Shown: piece by piece, positions 1 to 10,874 of the stretch
How positions within the stretch are numbered: position 1 is the first letter of the stretch
Layout of the letters: each line of letters opens with the position of its first letter
Source: Hydrurus foetidus
Taxonomy: Eukaryota
Assembly: GCA_900617105.1 (NCBI GenBank)
Contig: UYFQ01000600.1
Span: 310,001 to 374,000, forward strand
Direction: 5' to 3'
DNA length: 64,000 bases
Notes under the pieces: model-generated
Databases searched by the model: none
What the model was told of the DNA's origin: nothing
The model's input: only the letters and a program-made list of their open reading frames with translations
Program-made: the position numbers and the translations under genes

Positions 1-693
1 GTCCACGTGATGGGCGCCAAAACCATCGCCGAGTGCGCCAAGGCGGCCGGTGTCAGCCGCTTCGTGCAGATCAGCGCCATCGGCGCCGACGCCGGCTCCG
101 AAGCCAAGTACGCCCGCACCAAGGCCGAAGGCGAAGAGGCCGTTCGCGCCGTATTCCCCGGCGCAGTGATCGTCCGCCCGTCGGTGGTGTTTGGTCCCGA
201 GGACAACTTCTTCAACAAGTTTGGCCAGATGGCCGCCATGAGCCCGGCCCTGCCGCTGGTCGGCGGCGAGACGCGCTTCCAGCCGGTGTTCGTCGGCGAC
301 GTGGCCGCCGTGATCGCCCAGGCGGCCAGCAGCCCGGCCGCCGAGGGCGTGACCTATGAGCTGGGCGGTCCCGGCGTCTATACGATGCGCGAGATTCTGC
401 AGCTGATCCTGACCGAGACCGGCCGCGACCGTCTGCTGCTGCCCATTCCGTGGTTCGCCGCGTCCTTGCTGGGCAAGGTCGGCGACGTGATGGCCGGCAT
501 CCTGCCGATCGCGCCCCCGATCACCAGCGACCAGGTCGAAATGCTGAAGAGCGACAATGTCGCCGATGGCGGCCTGCCGGGCCTGGCCGAGGCTGGCGTG
601 GTCCCGACCAGCATCGAGGCGATCGTGCCGTCCTACCTCTACCGCTATCGCAAGGGCGGACAGTACGCGCCGACTCCGGCCGGGGCGTTCTAG
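1..693 (+). CDS. Complex I NDUFA9-like NAD(P)-binding epimerase/SDR family protein (5' truncated by window)
   Basis: FVQISAIGAD, YARTKAEGE (YxxxK), IVRPSVVFGPED, FQPVFVGDVA motifs. Confidence 0.85.
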   Translation, partial: VHVMGAKTIAECAKAAGVSRFVQISAIGADAGSEAKYARTKAEGEEAVRAVFPGAVIVRPSVVFGPEDNFFNKFGQMAAMSPALPLVGGETRFQPVFVGDVAAVIAQAASSPAAEGVTYELGGPGVYTMREILQLILTETGRDRLLLPIPWFAASLLGKVGDVMAGILPIAPPITSDQVEMLKSDNVADGGLPGLAEAGVVPTSIEAIVPSYLYRYRKGGQYAPTPAGAF

Positions 694-767
694 ACGCTGG
701 CCAGGCCGGAACGAATGAGGGCGACACCGCAGTGGCCGCCCTTTGCTGACCCTGCGCCGCCGCGAGA

Positions 768-1568
768 TCAGCGCGGAATGTACAGCAATCCCAGCCCCAC
801 AACGCCGACGGCGATCCGCCACCAGGCGAACGGCGCAAAGCCGTGGCGGGTGATGAAGTCCAGCACGGTCTTGACCACAAAGACGCCGGAGATCAGGGCC
901 GCCAGAAAGCCAAGGCCGATCAGGCCCAGGTCGTTGGTGCTGAGCTTGTCGATGTTCTTGTAGAGGTCATAGGCGAAGGCCCCGGCCATGGTCGGCATGG
1001 CCAGGAAGAAGCTGAACTCGGCGGCCGAGCGCTTGTCGCACTTCAGCAGCAGGGCGCCGGCGATGGTGGCGCCCGAGCGCGAGACGCCCGGCACCAGGGC
1101 CAGGCACTGGAACAGGCCGATGATGAAGGCCGTCTTCAGCGGATAGTCGACCACGTCGGTGTGTTGCGGCTCGAACTTCATGCGATCCAGCGCCAGCAGG
1201 GCGAAGCCGCCGGTGATGAGGGTGATGCAGACCAGCAGCGGCGACTCGTAGAGGACCGTCTTGATGAAGTCGTGAGCCAGTACGCCGACAAAGACCGCCG
1301 GCAGGAAGGCCAGAAACACGCCCAGGATGAAGCGGCGCGAGCCGGGATTGGTCGGCGCCGAGGTCAGCAGCCCCCACAGTCGCCCGAAATAGACCCCGGT
1401 AATGGCCAGGATCGCGCCCAGCTGGATCAGCACCTGGAAGGTGTTGCCCGGACTGTGGAAGCCCAGGAAATGTCCCACCAGCAGGAGGTGGCCGGTGGAA
1501 GACACAGGAATGAATTCAGTAAGCCCTTCGATCAGGCCCAGCACGATCGCGATCAGCCAATCCGGCAT
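768..1568 (-). CDS. uppP: Undecaprenyl-diphosphate phosphatase (BacA/UppP)
   Basis: [18 protein letters not shown] and [10 protein letters not shown] signature motifs; hydrophobic 266 aa. Confidence 0.97.
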   Translation of the reverse strand: MPDWLIAIVLGLIEGLTEFIPVSSTGHLLLVGHFLGFHSPGNTFQVLIQLGAILAITGVYFGRLWGLLTSAPTNPGSRRFILGVFLAFLPAVFVGVLAHDFIKTVLYESPLLVCITLITGGFALLALDRMKFEPQHTDVVDYPLKTAFIIGLFQCLALVPGVSRSGATIAGALLLKCDKRSAAEFSFFLAMPTMAGAFAYDLYKNIDKLSTNDLGLIGLGFLAALISGVFVVKTVLDFITRHGFAPFAWWRIAVGVVGLGLLYIPR

Positions 1569-1614
1569 CGGCAGTCCCTCAAAAACACAGGCCCCCGGCG
1601 TGCGCCTGACAGGG

Positions 1615-1629
1615 TAAACAGGGCGTTAA
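1615..1629. promoter_or_regulatory. CtrA-like box upstream of uppP
   Basis: TAAA-cagggcg-TTAA, one mismatch to TTAA-N7-TTAA. Confidence 0.4.
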
Positions 1630-1801
1630 TCCACAAAGTGGACTAATATGGCGACGCAATGCGAGGTGGTCGCAAGGACCTCAAGCGATCTGCGGAGATA
1701 ACGGTCAACTATTTTTACCACCACATTCTTCTTGCGCCAAAGAGTCCGTATGAGGCCGCCATACGCAATTTTTCTCCCGAAGACGGGATGAGGGAAGTCG
1801 C

Positions 1802-3240
1802 ATGGCCGAACGCATGCTGAAATTCACCACGGTGGCCCGCAAGACGCCTGAAAAGCGTGCGGCGGACGACCGTTCTGGCGACTTCCACGAGATCTACGCC
1901 GACTTCATCGATGCGAAAGCCACCGAGCAGGCTTCGCGTTGCACGTGGGCGTGCCGTTCTGCCAGACCCACTGCCCCCTGCAAAACAACATCCCCGACTG
2001 GCTGCGAATGACCGCCGGGCTCTGGAAGAAGCCTATCAGCTGTCGCAGGCCACCAACTCGATGCCGGAGGTCTGCGGTAGAATCTGCCCGCAGGATCGTC
2101 TCTGCGAAGGCAATTGCGTCATAGAGCAATCGGGTCACGGCACCGTGACGATCGGCGCGGTCGAGCGCTATCTCACCGACAAGGCCTGGGAGATGGGCTG
2201 GGTAAAGCCCCTGGTGGCCGGCCCGGCCACCGGCCAGTCGGTCGGGATCATCGGCGCGGGCCCGCCGGTCTGGCCGCCGCCGAGATCCTGCGCGAGCAGG
2301 GCCATGAGGTCGTGGTCTATGACCGCCACGACCGCGCCGGCGGCCTGCTGATCTACGGCATCCCCGGCTTCAAGCTGGAAAAGGACGTCGTCCAGCGCCG
2401 CACCTCGCGCCTCGCCGATGGCGGCGTGGAATTTCGGATGAACTTCGAGGTCGGCCGCGACGCGTCGCTGGAAGACCTGCGCGAAAAGCACGACGCCGTG
2501 CTGATCGCCACCGGCGTCTATGCCGCCCGCGACCTGGTGGTCCCGGGCTCCGGCAGCCAGGGCGTGGTTCCGGCGCTCGACTATCTGATCGCCTCCAACC
2601 GCACAGACCTGGGCGACAGCGTTCCCGAGTACGAGAGCGGGGCCTGAACGCCGAGGGCAAGGACGTGGTCGTGGTCGGCGGCGGCGATACCGCCATGGAC
2701 TGCGTCCGCACCGCCATCCGCCAGGGCGCGACCTCGGTCACCTGCCTCTATCGCCGCGACAAGGCCAACATGCCCGGCTCCCTGCGCGAAGTGGCCAATG
2801 CCGAGGAAGAAGGCGTGACCTTCGAATGGCTGGCTGCGCCCCGGGCCCTGTCGGGCGACGCCGAGGCGGTGACCGGCGTGCGCGCCATCCGCATGCGCCT
2901 GGGCGCCCCCGACGCGTCCGGCCGCCAGTCGCCGGAAGAGATCGAGGGCGGTGATTTCGATCGCCCGGCCCAACTGGTGGTCAAGGCCCTGGGCTTCGAG
3001 CCTGAAAACCTGCCGGAAAAGTTCTCGGCCCCCGACCTGAAGACCACGCGCTGGGGCACGGTCAAGGCCGATGTCCGCAACCAGATGACCAATCTGGACG
3101 GCGTGTTCGCCGCCGGCGACATCGTGCGCGGCGCCTCCCTCGTGGTCTGGGCGATCAAGGATGGCCGCGACGCCGCCGACGCCATGCACCGCTATCTGAA
3201 GTCCAAGGTCGGCGCCCCGGCGCTGATCGCGGCGGAGTGA
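1802..3240 (+). CDS. gltD: Glutamate synthase small (beta) subunit, frameshifted in this sequence
   Basis: Fragments EQASRC..CGVPFCQTHCP, PEVCGRICPQDRLCEGNC, GIIGAGP, VVVGGGDTAMDC, VFAAGDIVRGASLVVWA across frames. Confidence 0.95.
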
Positions 3241-3245
3241 AGATC

Positions 3246-6225
3246 ATGAGCCAAGACATCCAGCACTATCTGGAACCGCCAGCGCCTGATCGACGGTCAC
3301 GCCTATGACCCGACCACCGAGCGCGACGCCTGCGGCGTCGGCCTGGTCTGCGCCATCGACGGCACGCCGCGCCGCGAAGTGGTCGAGCTGGCCATCAAGG
3401 CCCTGAAGGCCCTGTGGCACCGGGGCGCGGTCGACGCCGACGGCAAGACCGGCGACGGCGCCGGCATCCTGCTGTCGGTCCCGCAGGACTTCTTCACCGA
3501 CCAGGTGCGCCGCACCGGCCACGCCCTGCGGGCCGGGTCCATCGCCGTGGGCCAGATCTTCCTGCCGCGCACCGATCTGGGCGCCCAGGAAGCCTGCCGC
3601 ACCATCGTCGAGGCCGAAGCCCTGCGCTTTGGCTTCTACATCTATGGCTGGCGCCAGGTGCCGGTGAACACCGCCGTGATCGGCGAGAAGGCCAACGCCA
3701 CCCGTCCGGAAATCGAGCAGATCATGCTGGCCGCCCCGGCCGGCCTGGAGGGCGAGCCGCTGGAGCGCGCCCTGTTCCTGTGCCGCAAGCGCATCGAAAA
3801 GCGCGTCCACGCCCAGAATCTGTCGGGCTTCTACATCTGCTCGCTGTCGGCCAAGTCGCTGATCTACAAGGGCATGTTCCTGGCCGAGGCCATCGACGAG
3901 TTCTATCCCGACCTCAAGGACGAGCGCTTCGCCGCCAATGTGGCGATCTTCCACCAGCGCTATTCGACCAACACCTTCCCCGAATGGCGCCTGGCCCAGC
4001 CCTTCCGGATGCTCGCCCACAACGGCGAGATCAACACCATCAAGGGCAACATCAACTGGATGAAGTCCCACGAGATCAAGATGGCCGCCCAGGCCTTCGG
4101 CGAGTTCGGGGATGACGTCAAACCGGTGATCCAGCCGGGCGGTTCGGACAGCGCCAGCCTCGACAACACCTTCGAGGTGCTGGTCGCGCCGGCCGCGACG
4201 CGCCGATGGCCAGGCCCTGCTGGTGCCGGAAGCCTCGGGCCCGAGCCTGAGCGACTCCCATCAAGCGCTTACAGCTACTGCAACGCCGTCATGGAGCCGT
4301 GGGACGGCCCCGCCGCCCTGTGCGCCACCGACGGCCGCTGGGTCGTGGCCGGCAAGGACCGCTCGGGCCTGCGTCCGCTGCGCGTGGCCTATACCGACGA
4401 TGGTTTGGTGATCATGGGTTCGGAAGCCGGCATGTGCGGCGTCGCCGAAAGCCGCATCACCCGCAAGCTGGCCATCGCGCCGGGCCGGATGATCGCCATC
4501 GATCTGCTCGAAGGCCGCCTCTATGGCGAAGACGAGATCATCGACGAACTGGCCGGCCGCCATCCCTATACGCAATGGCTGGGCAACATGGTCGATCTCG
4601 AAAAGGAGATCGGCCCCGGCCCCGAGCCGCGCAAATATGGTCGCGAGGAACTGACCCGCCGTCAGGCCGCCGCCGGCTTCAGCCTCGAAGACCTGGAGAT
4701 GATCCTCGCGCCGATGGTCGAGGACGGCAAGGAAGCCGTCGGCTCGATGGGCGACGACAGCCCGCTGGCCGTGCTGTCGGAAAAGTACCGGCCGCTCAGC
4801 CACTTCTTCCGCCAGAACTTCAGCCAGGTGACCAACCCGCCGATCGATCCGCTGCGGGAAACGGGCGTCATGAGCCTGAAGACCCGGTTCAAGAACCTAG
4901 GCAACATTCTGGCCCAGGACGCCGCCCAGGCCGATGTCTATGTGCTGCAGAGCCCGGTGCTGACCACCGGCATGTACGAGCGCATCCAGGGGCTGCTGGG
5001 CGAGAAGAACGTCGTCGTCATCGACTGCACCATGCCCCTGCCCGCCCCCGAGGCCCGGGCCGGCGACGCCCTGCGCGCAATCTCGACCGCATCCGGGCCG
5101 AGCCGACGCCGTGTGCGGGCTGCGGGGCCGTTGCTGACGGACGGGAACAGCCGCGAGGACCGGGTCGCCCTGCCGATGATCCTGGCCACCGGCGGCGTCC
5201 ACAGCCACCTCGTCGCCAAGGGCCTGCGCTCCTACGTCTCGATCATCGTCCGCTCGGCCGAGTGCCTCGACACCCACTATTTCGCGGTGCTGGTCGGCGT
5301 CGGCGCCACGGCGGTCAATGCCTATCTGGCCCAGGAAAGCTTCCAGGATCGCCTGGAGCGCGGCCTGCTCGGCGACAAGTCGCTCAAGGACGTGTGCCTG
5401 AACTTCAAGGGCGCCATCGAGGCGGGCCTGCTGAAGATCATCTCCAAGATGGGCATCAGCGTCATCTCGTCCTATCGCGGCGGCTACAATTTCGAAGCCG
5501 TTGGCCTGTCGCGCGCCCTGGCCGCCGAGTTCTTCCCCGGCATGCCGTCGCGCATCTCCGGCATCGGCCTGGCCGGCGTCGAGAGCAAGGCGGTCGAGCT
5601 GCACCGCAAGGCCTGGGACAGCGCCGCCGTCACCCTGCCGGTCGGCGGCCTCTACAAGCTGCGCAAGTCGGGCGAGGCCCATGCCTTCGAGGCGCGGCTG
5701 ATCCACACCCTGCAGAGCGCCTGCGACACCGGCGACTATGAGCTGTATCGCCGCTGGTCCAACGGCCTGCGCCCAAAGCCGATCCAGCTGCGCGACCTGC
5801 TGGACTGGCGCTCGGACCGCAACCCGATCTCGACCGACGACGTCGAGAGCGTCAACGATCCGGCGCTTCGTCACCCCGGCATGAGCCTGGGCGCCCTGGG
5901 CCCTGAAGCCCACGGCATGCTGAACATCGCCATGAACCGCATCGGGGCGAAATCCGTCTCGGGCGAGGGCGGCGAGGACAGCGCCCGCTACAAGCCGCTG
6001 CCGAACGGCGACAACCCCAACAGCGCCATCAAGCAGGTGGCCTCGGGGCGGTTCGGCGTCACCGCCGAATATCTCAACCAGTGCGTCGAGCTGGAGATCA
6101 AGGTCGCCCAGGGCGCCAAGCCCGGCGAGGGCGGCCAGCTGCCCGGCTTCAAGGTCACCGAGATGATCGCCCGGCTGCGCCATGCGACGCCCGGCGTCAT
6201 GCTGATCAGCCCGCCGCCGCACCAC

Positions 6226-6257
<32 letters not shown>

Positions 6258-7729
6258 GATCTATGACCTCAAGCAGATCAACCCGGTCGCCCGGGTGACG
6301 GTCAAGCTGGTGGCCATGACCGGCATCGGCGCCATCGCAGCCGGCGTCGCCGGCAAAGCAGATGTGATCCTGGTCGCCGGCGACGCGGCACGGGCGCCTC
6401 GCCCCAGACCTCGGTGAAATATGCCGGCGGTCCGTGGGAGATGGGCCTGTCGGAAGCCAACCAGGTTCTGACCCTCAACAACCTGCGCCACTCCGTCGTG
6501 CTGCGGGCCGACGGCGGCATGCGCACGGGTCGCGACATCGTCATCGCCGCCATGCTGGGGGCCGAGGAGTTCGGCATCGGCACTGCCTCCCTGGTCGCCA
6601 TGGGCTGCATCATGGTGCGCCAGTGCCATTCCAACACCTGCCCGGTCGGCGTCTGCACCCAGGACGAGGCCCTGCGCGCCAAGTTCACCGGCACGCCGGA
6701 AAAGGTCATCAACCTGTTCAGCTTCATCGCTGAAGAGGTCCGCGAGATCCTGGCCGGACTGGGCTTCAAGTCCCTGCAGGACATCGTCGGCCGCACCGAC
6801 CTGCTGGCCCAGGTCAGCCGCGGCGGCGAGCACCTCGACGACCTTGACCTCAACCCCCTGCTGGTTCGCGCCGACCCCGGCCAGAACAAGCCCTACAACA
6901 CCGTGGTCGGTCGCAACGAAGTGCCCGACACCCTCGACGCCCAGATCGTCCGCGACGCCGCCCCCCTGCTGGAACGCGGCGAGAAGATGCAGCTGACCTA
7001 CACGGTCCGCAGCACCGCACGCTCGATCGGCGCCCGCACGTCCAGCCATATCGTGCGCAAGTACGGCATGAAGGGCCTGCCCGCCGGCCACCTGACCGTC
7101 CAGCTCAAGGGCTCGGCCGGCCAGAGCCTGGGGGCCTTCGCGGTCCAGGGCCTGCGCATCGAACTGACCGGCGAGGCCAACGACTATGTCGGCAAGGGCC
7201 TGTCGGGCGCGACCATCGTCATCAAGCCTTCGCGCACCCTGGCGGCCCCGGAAAGCAACGCCCTGCTGGGCAACACCGTGCTGTTTGGCGCCACCTCGAA
7301 CCCGGCTGTTCGCAGCCCGGCCGGGCCGGTAGCGCGCGGTCCGCAACTCGGCGCCACCACGGTGTCGAGGGCTGCGGGGCCAATGGCTGCGAATACATGA
7401 CCGGCGGCCAGGTGGTGATCCTGGGTCCGACGGGCGGCAATTTCGGGGCCGGCATGACCGGCGGCATGGCCTTCGTCCTCGACCAGCACGGCCGGTTCGA
7501 AGCCAACATCAATCCCGAGAGCATCGTCGTCCAGCGCCTGGCCTCGCCCTATTGGGAAGGCGTGCTGCGCTCCCTGGTGGCCGAACACGCCCGCGAGACC
7601 GACTCGGCCTTCGCAGGGTCCTTGCTCCGCGACTGGGACCGGGTGCGCGACCTGTTCTGGCAGGTCTGCCCCAAGGAGATGATCAGCCGTCTGTCGCAGC
7701 CGCTGACGGCGGAAGAGGTCGCGGCCTAA
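3246..7729 (+). CDS. gltB: Glutamate synthase large (alpha) subunit, frameshifted in this sequence
   Basis: ERDACGVG N-terminus, HQRYSTNT, EPWDGPA, IKVAQGAKPGEGGQLPG, CIMVRQCHSNTCPVG, GXGXG C-terminal domain. Confidence 0.96.
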
Positions 7730-7751
7730 GCGTTCCGGGGCGCGAGGACTG

Positions 7752-7795
7752 GCCCCCTCCTGACCTGCTTCGCAGGTCGTCCTCCCAGGGGAAGA
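7752..7795. repeat. Half copy of the CCTCCCCC..GGGGAGG palindromic repeat family
   Basis: ccccctcc-gacctgcTTCgcaggtc-gtcctcccaggggaaga, same layout as the right arms at 16526-16579 and 20519-20562. Confidence 0.6.
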
Positions 7796-8266
7796 CGCGC
7801 GCAGCCCGTAGGCAAGCCTGGCGGACACGGCTTCGCAGCCTCGCGCGGAAACCGCCGAGGGGTGGGAAGGGTCGCGGAGCGTCCGGGCCTCGCCCGGAGG
7901 ATGGGATAGTTGAATACCGTTTCGACGAAGACAGACGCTCCGCGCAGCCGTTATCCGGTGAGCCCTCGGGGCGCGGGGTTTTAACCCGCTTCCGACGTTA
8001 GGCCCCCGACGGGTGGAGGGGATAGCGACCCCGTCCAGACCGCATGGGCGATTTCAGCCCATGCCTGTTGCGCATCGTGCGGGCGTCGCCAAAGGGCGTT
8101 CCCGGCGGTCCCGGTCCGGCTTCAACACGTCCGGCCCCCGCAAGGACCGATCCGCTCCACCAGACCCTGCCGGGCCTTCGACGACGGCCGACGGGCGCTT
8201 CCCGCTCGACCACCCCTGACAGCCGCAACGGTCGCCGTACGTGCGCCCTTCCCGTGCTGTCAGGTG
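7796..8266 (-). ncRNA. Candidate large structured non-coding RNA (family not recognised)
   Basis: No credible ORF; nested stems (8215-8223/8256-8264, 8042-8049/8057-8064, 7873-7883/7934-7944); G-U wobbles and a GCGA tetraloop that work on the minus strand; CATAAT -10 at 8278-8273. Confidence 0.55.
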
Positions 8267-8389
8267 AGATTGATTATGCGGGCGGTTTCGACGCGTCTGA
8301 TGGGCGCGATCAAGTTTTTTACAAGCGTTGATCTGGCTGAGGTTTGTTCTGGAAAGAACGGGGATTGAGCGCCGCCTATCCCCATACCT

Positions 8390-8523
8390 CCGTCATTCCC
8401 GCCCTTGTGGCGGGAACCCCTCTTCCGCCGCAGGTGCGGGAGGGGCGAAGTGCGCGCGCACTTCGCTGGCGCTTCACGTGTCAGCTGAAACAGGGGTTCC
8501 CGCCACAAGGGCGGGAATGACGG
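8390..8523. repeat. REP/REPIN-like element with perfect 32-bp terminal inverted repeats
   Basis: ccgtcattcccgcccttgtggcgggaacccct (8390-8421) is the exact reverse complement of 8492-8523; central perfect 22-nt palindrome 8445-8466. Confidence 0.85.
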
Positions 8524-8651
8524 TGATTTGGTGGAGTGGCGTCCCGCCCGCCTTCGCGCCGAAGGGAGCCATCCTTAAATCTCATGGCGCGACCTCGCTG
8601 ATGGAGCGCCGCCCTATGCGGCGGCACAGGCAGTGCAGCCAGTTGGCAAGC

Positions 8652-9539
8652 CTACGGGCATCGTCTCGCTGTTCGGTCGATCGCCTCAACCACCGCGTCG
8701 TGCAATTGGGATGGAAGATCATGGCCCATGCCCTCCATGAGCATGAACTCCGCAGCCGGTATCGAAGCGGCCGTATCCTCGCCGCAGGCCGGGGGAAAGA
8801 GCGGATCATCGCTCCCGTGAATCACCAGGGTGGGTGCGCTCACGGTCGCTAGCCGGCTCCGGCGATCACCGCTCACGGCGATCGCCGCGATCTGGCGGCC
8901 AAAGCCATTGCGATCTTGGGCTCGGCGGGCCTCCTCGAGAATGAGACCCCGCGTTGCGGCCTCATCGAACGGGTAGCGGCTGCCGGCGATGCGGCGCGCG
9001 AAGGCCAGGCTATGGGCCAGGTATCCGGCTTCGTCAGAGACGGGGTCCGGCAGGCAGGTCATCATCGCCATGGCGTCGGGCGTCGGCGGCGGAAGCGATG
9101 GATTGCCGGTGCTCGACATGATCGAGGTCAGTGACGCGACACGTTCGGGATGCTCGCGCCATGACCGCGCGATCATGCCGCCCCATGGATCGCCGACGAC
9201 ATGGGCCCGGTCGATGGAAAAAGCATCAAGCAGCCCGACCGTATCGGCCGCCATGTCGTGAAGCGTGTACGGGACGTCCGGCGCGCGTCCGGCCATGAGC
9301 GCCGCCGCCAGCGCGGCGAAATCCGGCGCGGCGCGGTGGGTGATGTGCGTCGAGAGGCCGGCGTCGCGATTGTCGAAACGGATCACGTGATAGCCGCGCG
9401 CCGCCAGGGCGAGGCAGAAGGGAACGGTCCATCGGATCATTTGCGTCCCCAGCCCGGCGACCAGCAGGATCGCCTGATCGGAGGGCGCCCCGAACGCCTC
9501 GCAAGCCAACTCGACGCCATTGGTTTCCACGCGATTCAT
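8652..9539 (-). CDS. Alpha/beta fold hydrolase
   Basis: LLVAGLG, VIRFDNRDAGLS, PTLVIHGSDDPL, GMGHDLP; GxSxG elbow disturbed by apparent compensating indels. Confidence 0.9.
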   Translation of the reverse strand: MNRVETNGVELACEAFGAPSDQAILLVAGLGTQMIRWTVPFCLALAARGYHVIRFDNRDAGLSTHITHRAAPDFAALAAALMAGRAPDVPYTLHDMAADTVGLLDAFSIDRAHVVGDPWGGMIARSWREHPERVASLTSIMSSTGNPSLPPPTPDAMAMMTCLPDPVSDEAGYLAHSLAFARRIAGSRYPFDEAATRGLILEEARRAQDRNGFGRQIAAIAVSGDRRSRLATVSAPTLVIHGSDDPLFPPACGEDTAASIPAAEFMLMEGMGHDLPSQLHDAVVEAIDRTARRCP

Positions 9540-9588
9540 CGCCGGCTTCTCCTGAACTCCCGCAAACCGTGAGAGAGAGTTCGGAGGA

Positions 9589-9632
9589 TATTTACCCGGA
9601 TAAAAGACGCTGTCAATATTGCCCGGGTAAAA
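9589..9632 (-). promoter_or_regulatory. Promoter with paired palindromic (TetR-like) operators
   Basis: tttacccggataaa (9591-9604) and attgcccgggtaaa (9618-9631) flank a minus-strand TTGACA at 9616-9611. Confidence 0.6.
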
Positions 9633-9701
9633 ATGGAAGATAGTTGAGCGCCGCGCCTGCTCGCCGTGCGCCGACAGCCTGCATTCCCACCGCCGCCGCC
9701 T

Positions 9702-10874
9702 TCATTCCCGACCTGAACCCCGCCGGCGTCCGCAACCAACGCCTCGCCCACATACCGCGCCCGGGGCCGTATCAACCGCCCCGTCTGCCCCTGCTCGATC
9801 GCATGGGCCAGCCACCCGGCCGTGCGCGCCACGGCGAACAGGATGAACGGCGCGTCGGTCGGCAGGGCCAGGGCTCGCGCCAGACTCACCAGGGCGAAAT
9901 CGATATTCGGCAACTGTCCCGTCGCGGCCTCCGTCTCGCGCCGCAGGTCCGCCAGCAGGGCAGGCGGCTCGAACGCCGCCAGCAAGGCCCGCGCCCTCGG
10001 GTCCCCGTCCGGATAGAGCGGATGTCCAAAGCCCGGCATCGAAGATCCCTGCGCCAGGCGGGCGCTCACGGCCCTGTCGGGGCCCGTCCGATCGACCTCG
10101 GCGACGAAGGCCTCCACCCGCGCGGCCATGCCGCCGTGCAGCGGGCCTGACAGGGCGCAGAGCCCCGCCAACGCCGCCGCCGACAAGGAGGCTCCCGTCG
10201 AGGCGGCGACCCGCGCGGCGAAGGTCGAGGCGTTCAGTTCGTGGTCGGCCAGCAGCACCAGCGCCGTCCGCAGCAGATCCGCCCCCGCCGCATCGACACC
10301 CCAGGCGCGGGCCAGGCGCTGATGGGCCGGACCTTCGGTCACCTCGCCCGCCGCCGCGTCGACCACGGCGTCGAGCAGGCTGGCGGCCTCCATGGCCAGG
10401 GCCAGCGGCGCCCGTCCGCGCGCCGGAGCCTCCGACCCCGCCCGCAACGCCAGGGCGTTGAAGAGGCGGGCGCGAGCGGTTTCGCCGGCCACGACCTCCC
10501 CGGCCCGCGACGCCTTCAGCGCCGCGCCATGGCCGCCGCGCAGCAGCCGCGCCGTCTGTTCCAGCGTGTGGTCTTGCGCCAGCACCGCCGCGTCGCGCCC
10601 CCGATACCAGAGCCTGCCGCCCGCCACCGTGGTGATCGCCGAGGCCAGCACCGGCTCGCCCCAGGCGATGGCCTCGGCCGCCACGTCGGCGCGGCGCCCG
10701 CGCCTTGCGGGCGTGCAGGGCGGCGACGTCGGAGGCGCGATACAGGCTGCGGCGGGGATCATCGGGATGGGCGGCGGCCTCGATCCGGCCCCGGCTGACA
10801 TAGGCGTAGAGGGTCTGGGGCCGGATCCCCAGCCGGTCCAGCACCTGTTCCGCGTCGAGCCAGTCATTCGCCAT
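9702..10874 (-). CDS. HTH-fused citrate synthase family protein (frameshift near 10700; 3' end uncertain)
   Basis: N-terminal WLDAEQVLDRLGIRPQTLYAYVSRG HTH, then DHELNASTFAARV, GPLHGG, GFGHPLYPDGDPRA, PNIDF, RPRARYVG. Confidence 0.88.
   Translation of the reverse strand: MANDWLDAEQVLDRLGIRPQTLYAYVSRGRIEAAAHPDDPRRSLYRASDVAALHARKARAPRRRGGRGHRLGRAGAGLGDHHGGGRQALVSGARRGGAGARPHAGTDGAAAARRPWRGAEGVAGRGGRGRRNRSRPPLQRPGVAGGVGGSGARTGAAGPGHGGRQPARRRGRRGGGRGDRRSGPSAPGPRLGCRCGGGGSAADGAGAAGRPRTERLDLRRAGRRLDGSLLVGGGVGGALRPVRPAARRHGRAGGGLRRRGRSDGPRQGRERPPGAGIFDAGLWTSALSGRGPEGAGLAGGVRAACPAGGPAARDGGRDGTVAEYRFRPGESGASPGPADRRAVHPVRRGAHGRVAGPCDRAGADGAVDTAPGAVCGRGVGCGRRRGSGRE

Noticed and set aside
1698..1712. 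LysR-type T-N11-A site upstream of gltD (ATAACGGTCAACTAT)
   Set aside because: Motif too degenerate to support without comparative data
8100..8175. Cobalamin riboswitch (cccccgcaa ... ccagaccctgcc)
   Set aside because: No AGGGAA/GGTG/GCCACTG core and no downstream B12 gene; the hairpin pairs better on the other strand
8232..8250. Group II intron signatures (GTGCGCCC on +; CGCACGTACGG on -)
   Set aside because: No complete domain V with an AGC triad, no domain VI and no RT ORF
7730..8600. Short ORFs in the gltB-hydrolase interval (7998-8228, 8013-8219, 8044-8331, 8260-8508)
   Set aside because: Arg/Pro/Gly-rich, no RBS or typical codon bias; better explained by structured non-coding sequence and repeats
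7804..8659. 13/15 inverted match (gcccgtaggcaagcc vs 8645-8659) as element TIRs
   Set aside because: The right copy overlaps the hydrolase's last codons and stop, there is no target duplication, and it is plausible by chance in GC-rich DNA
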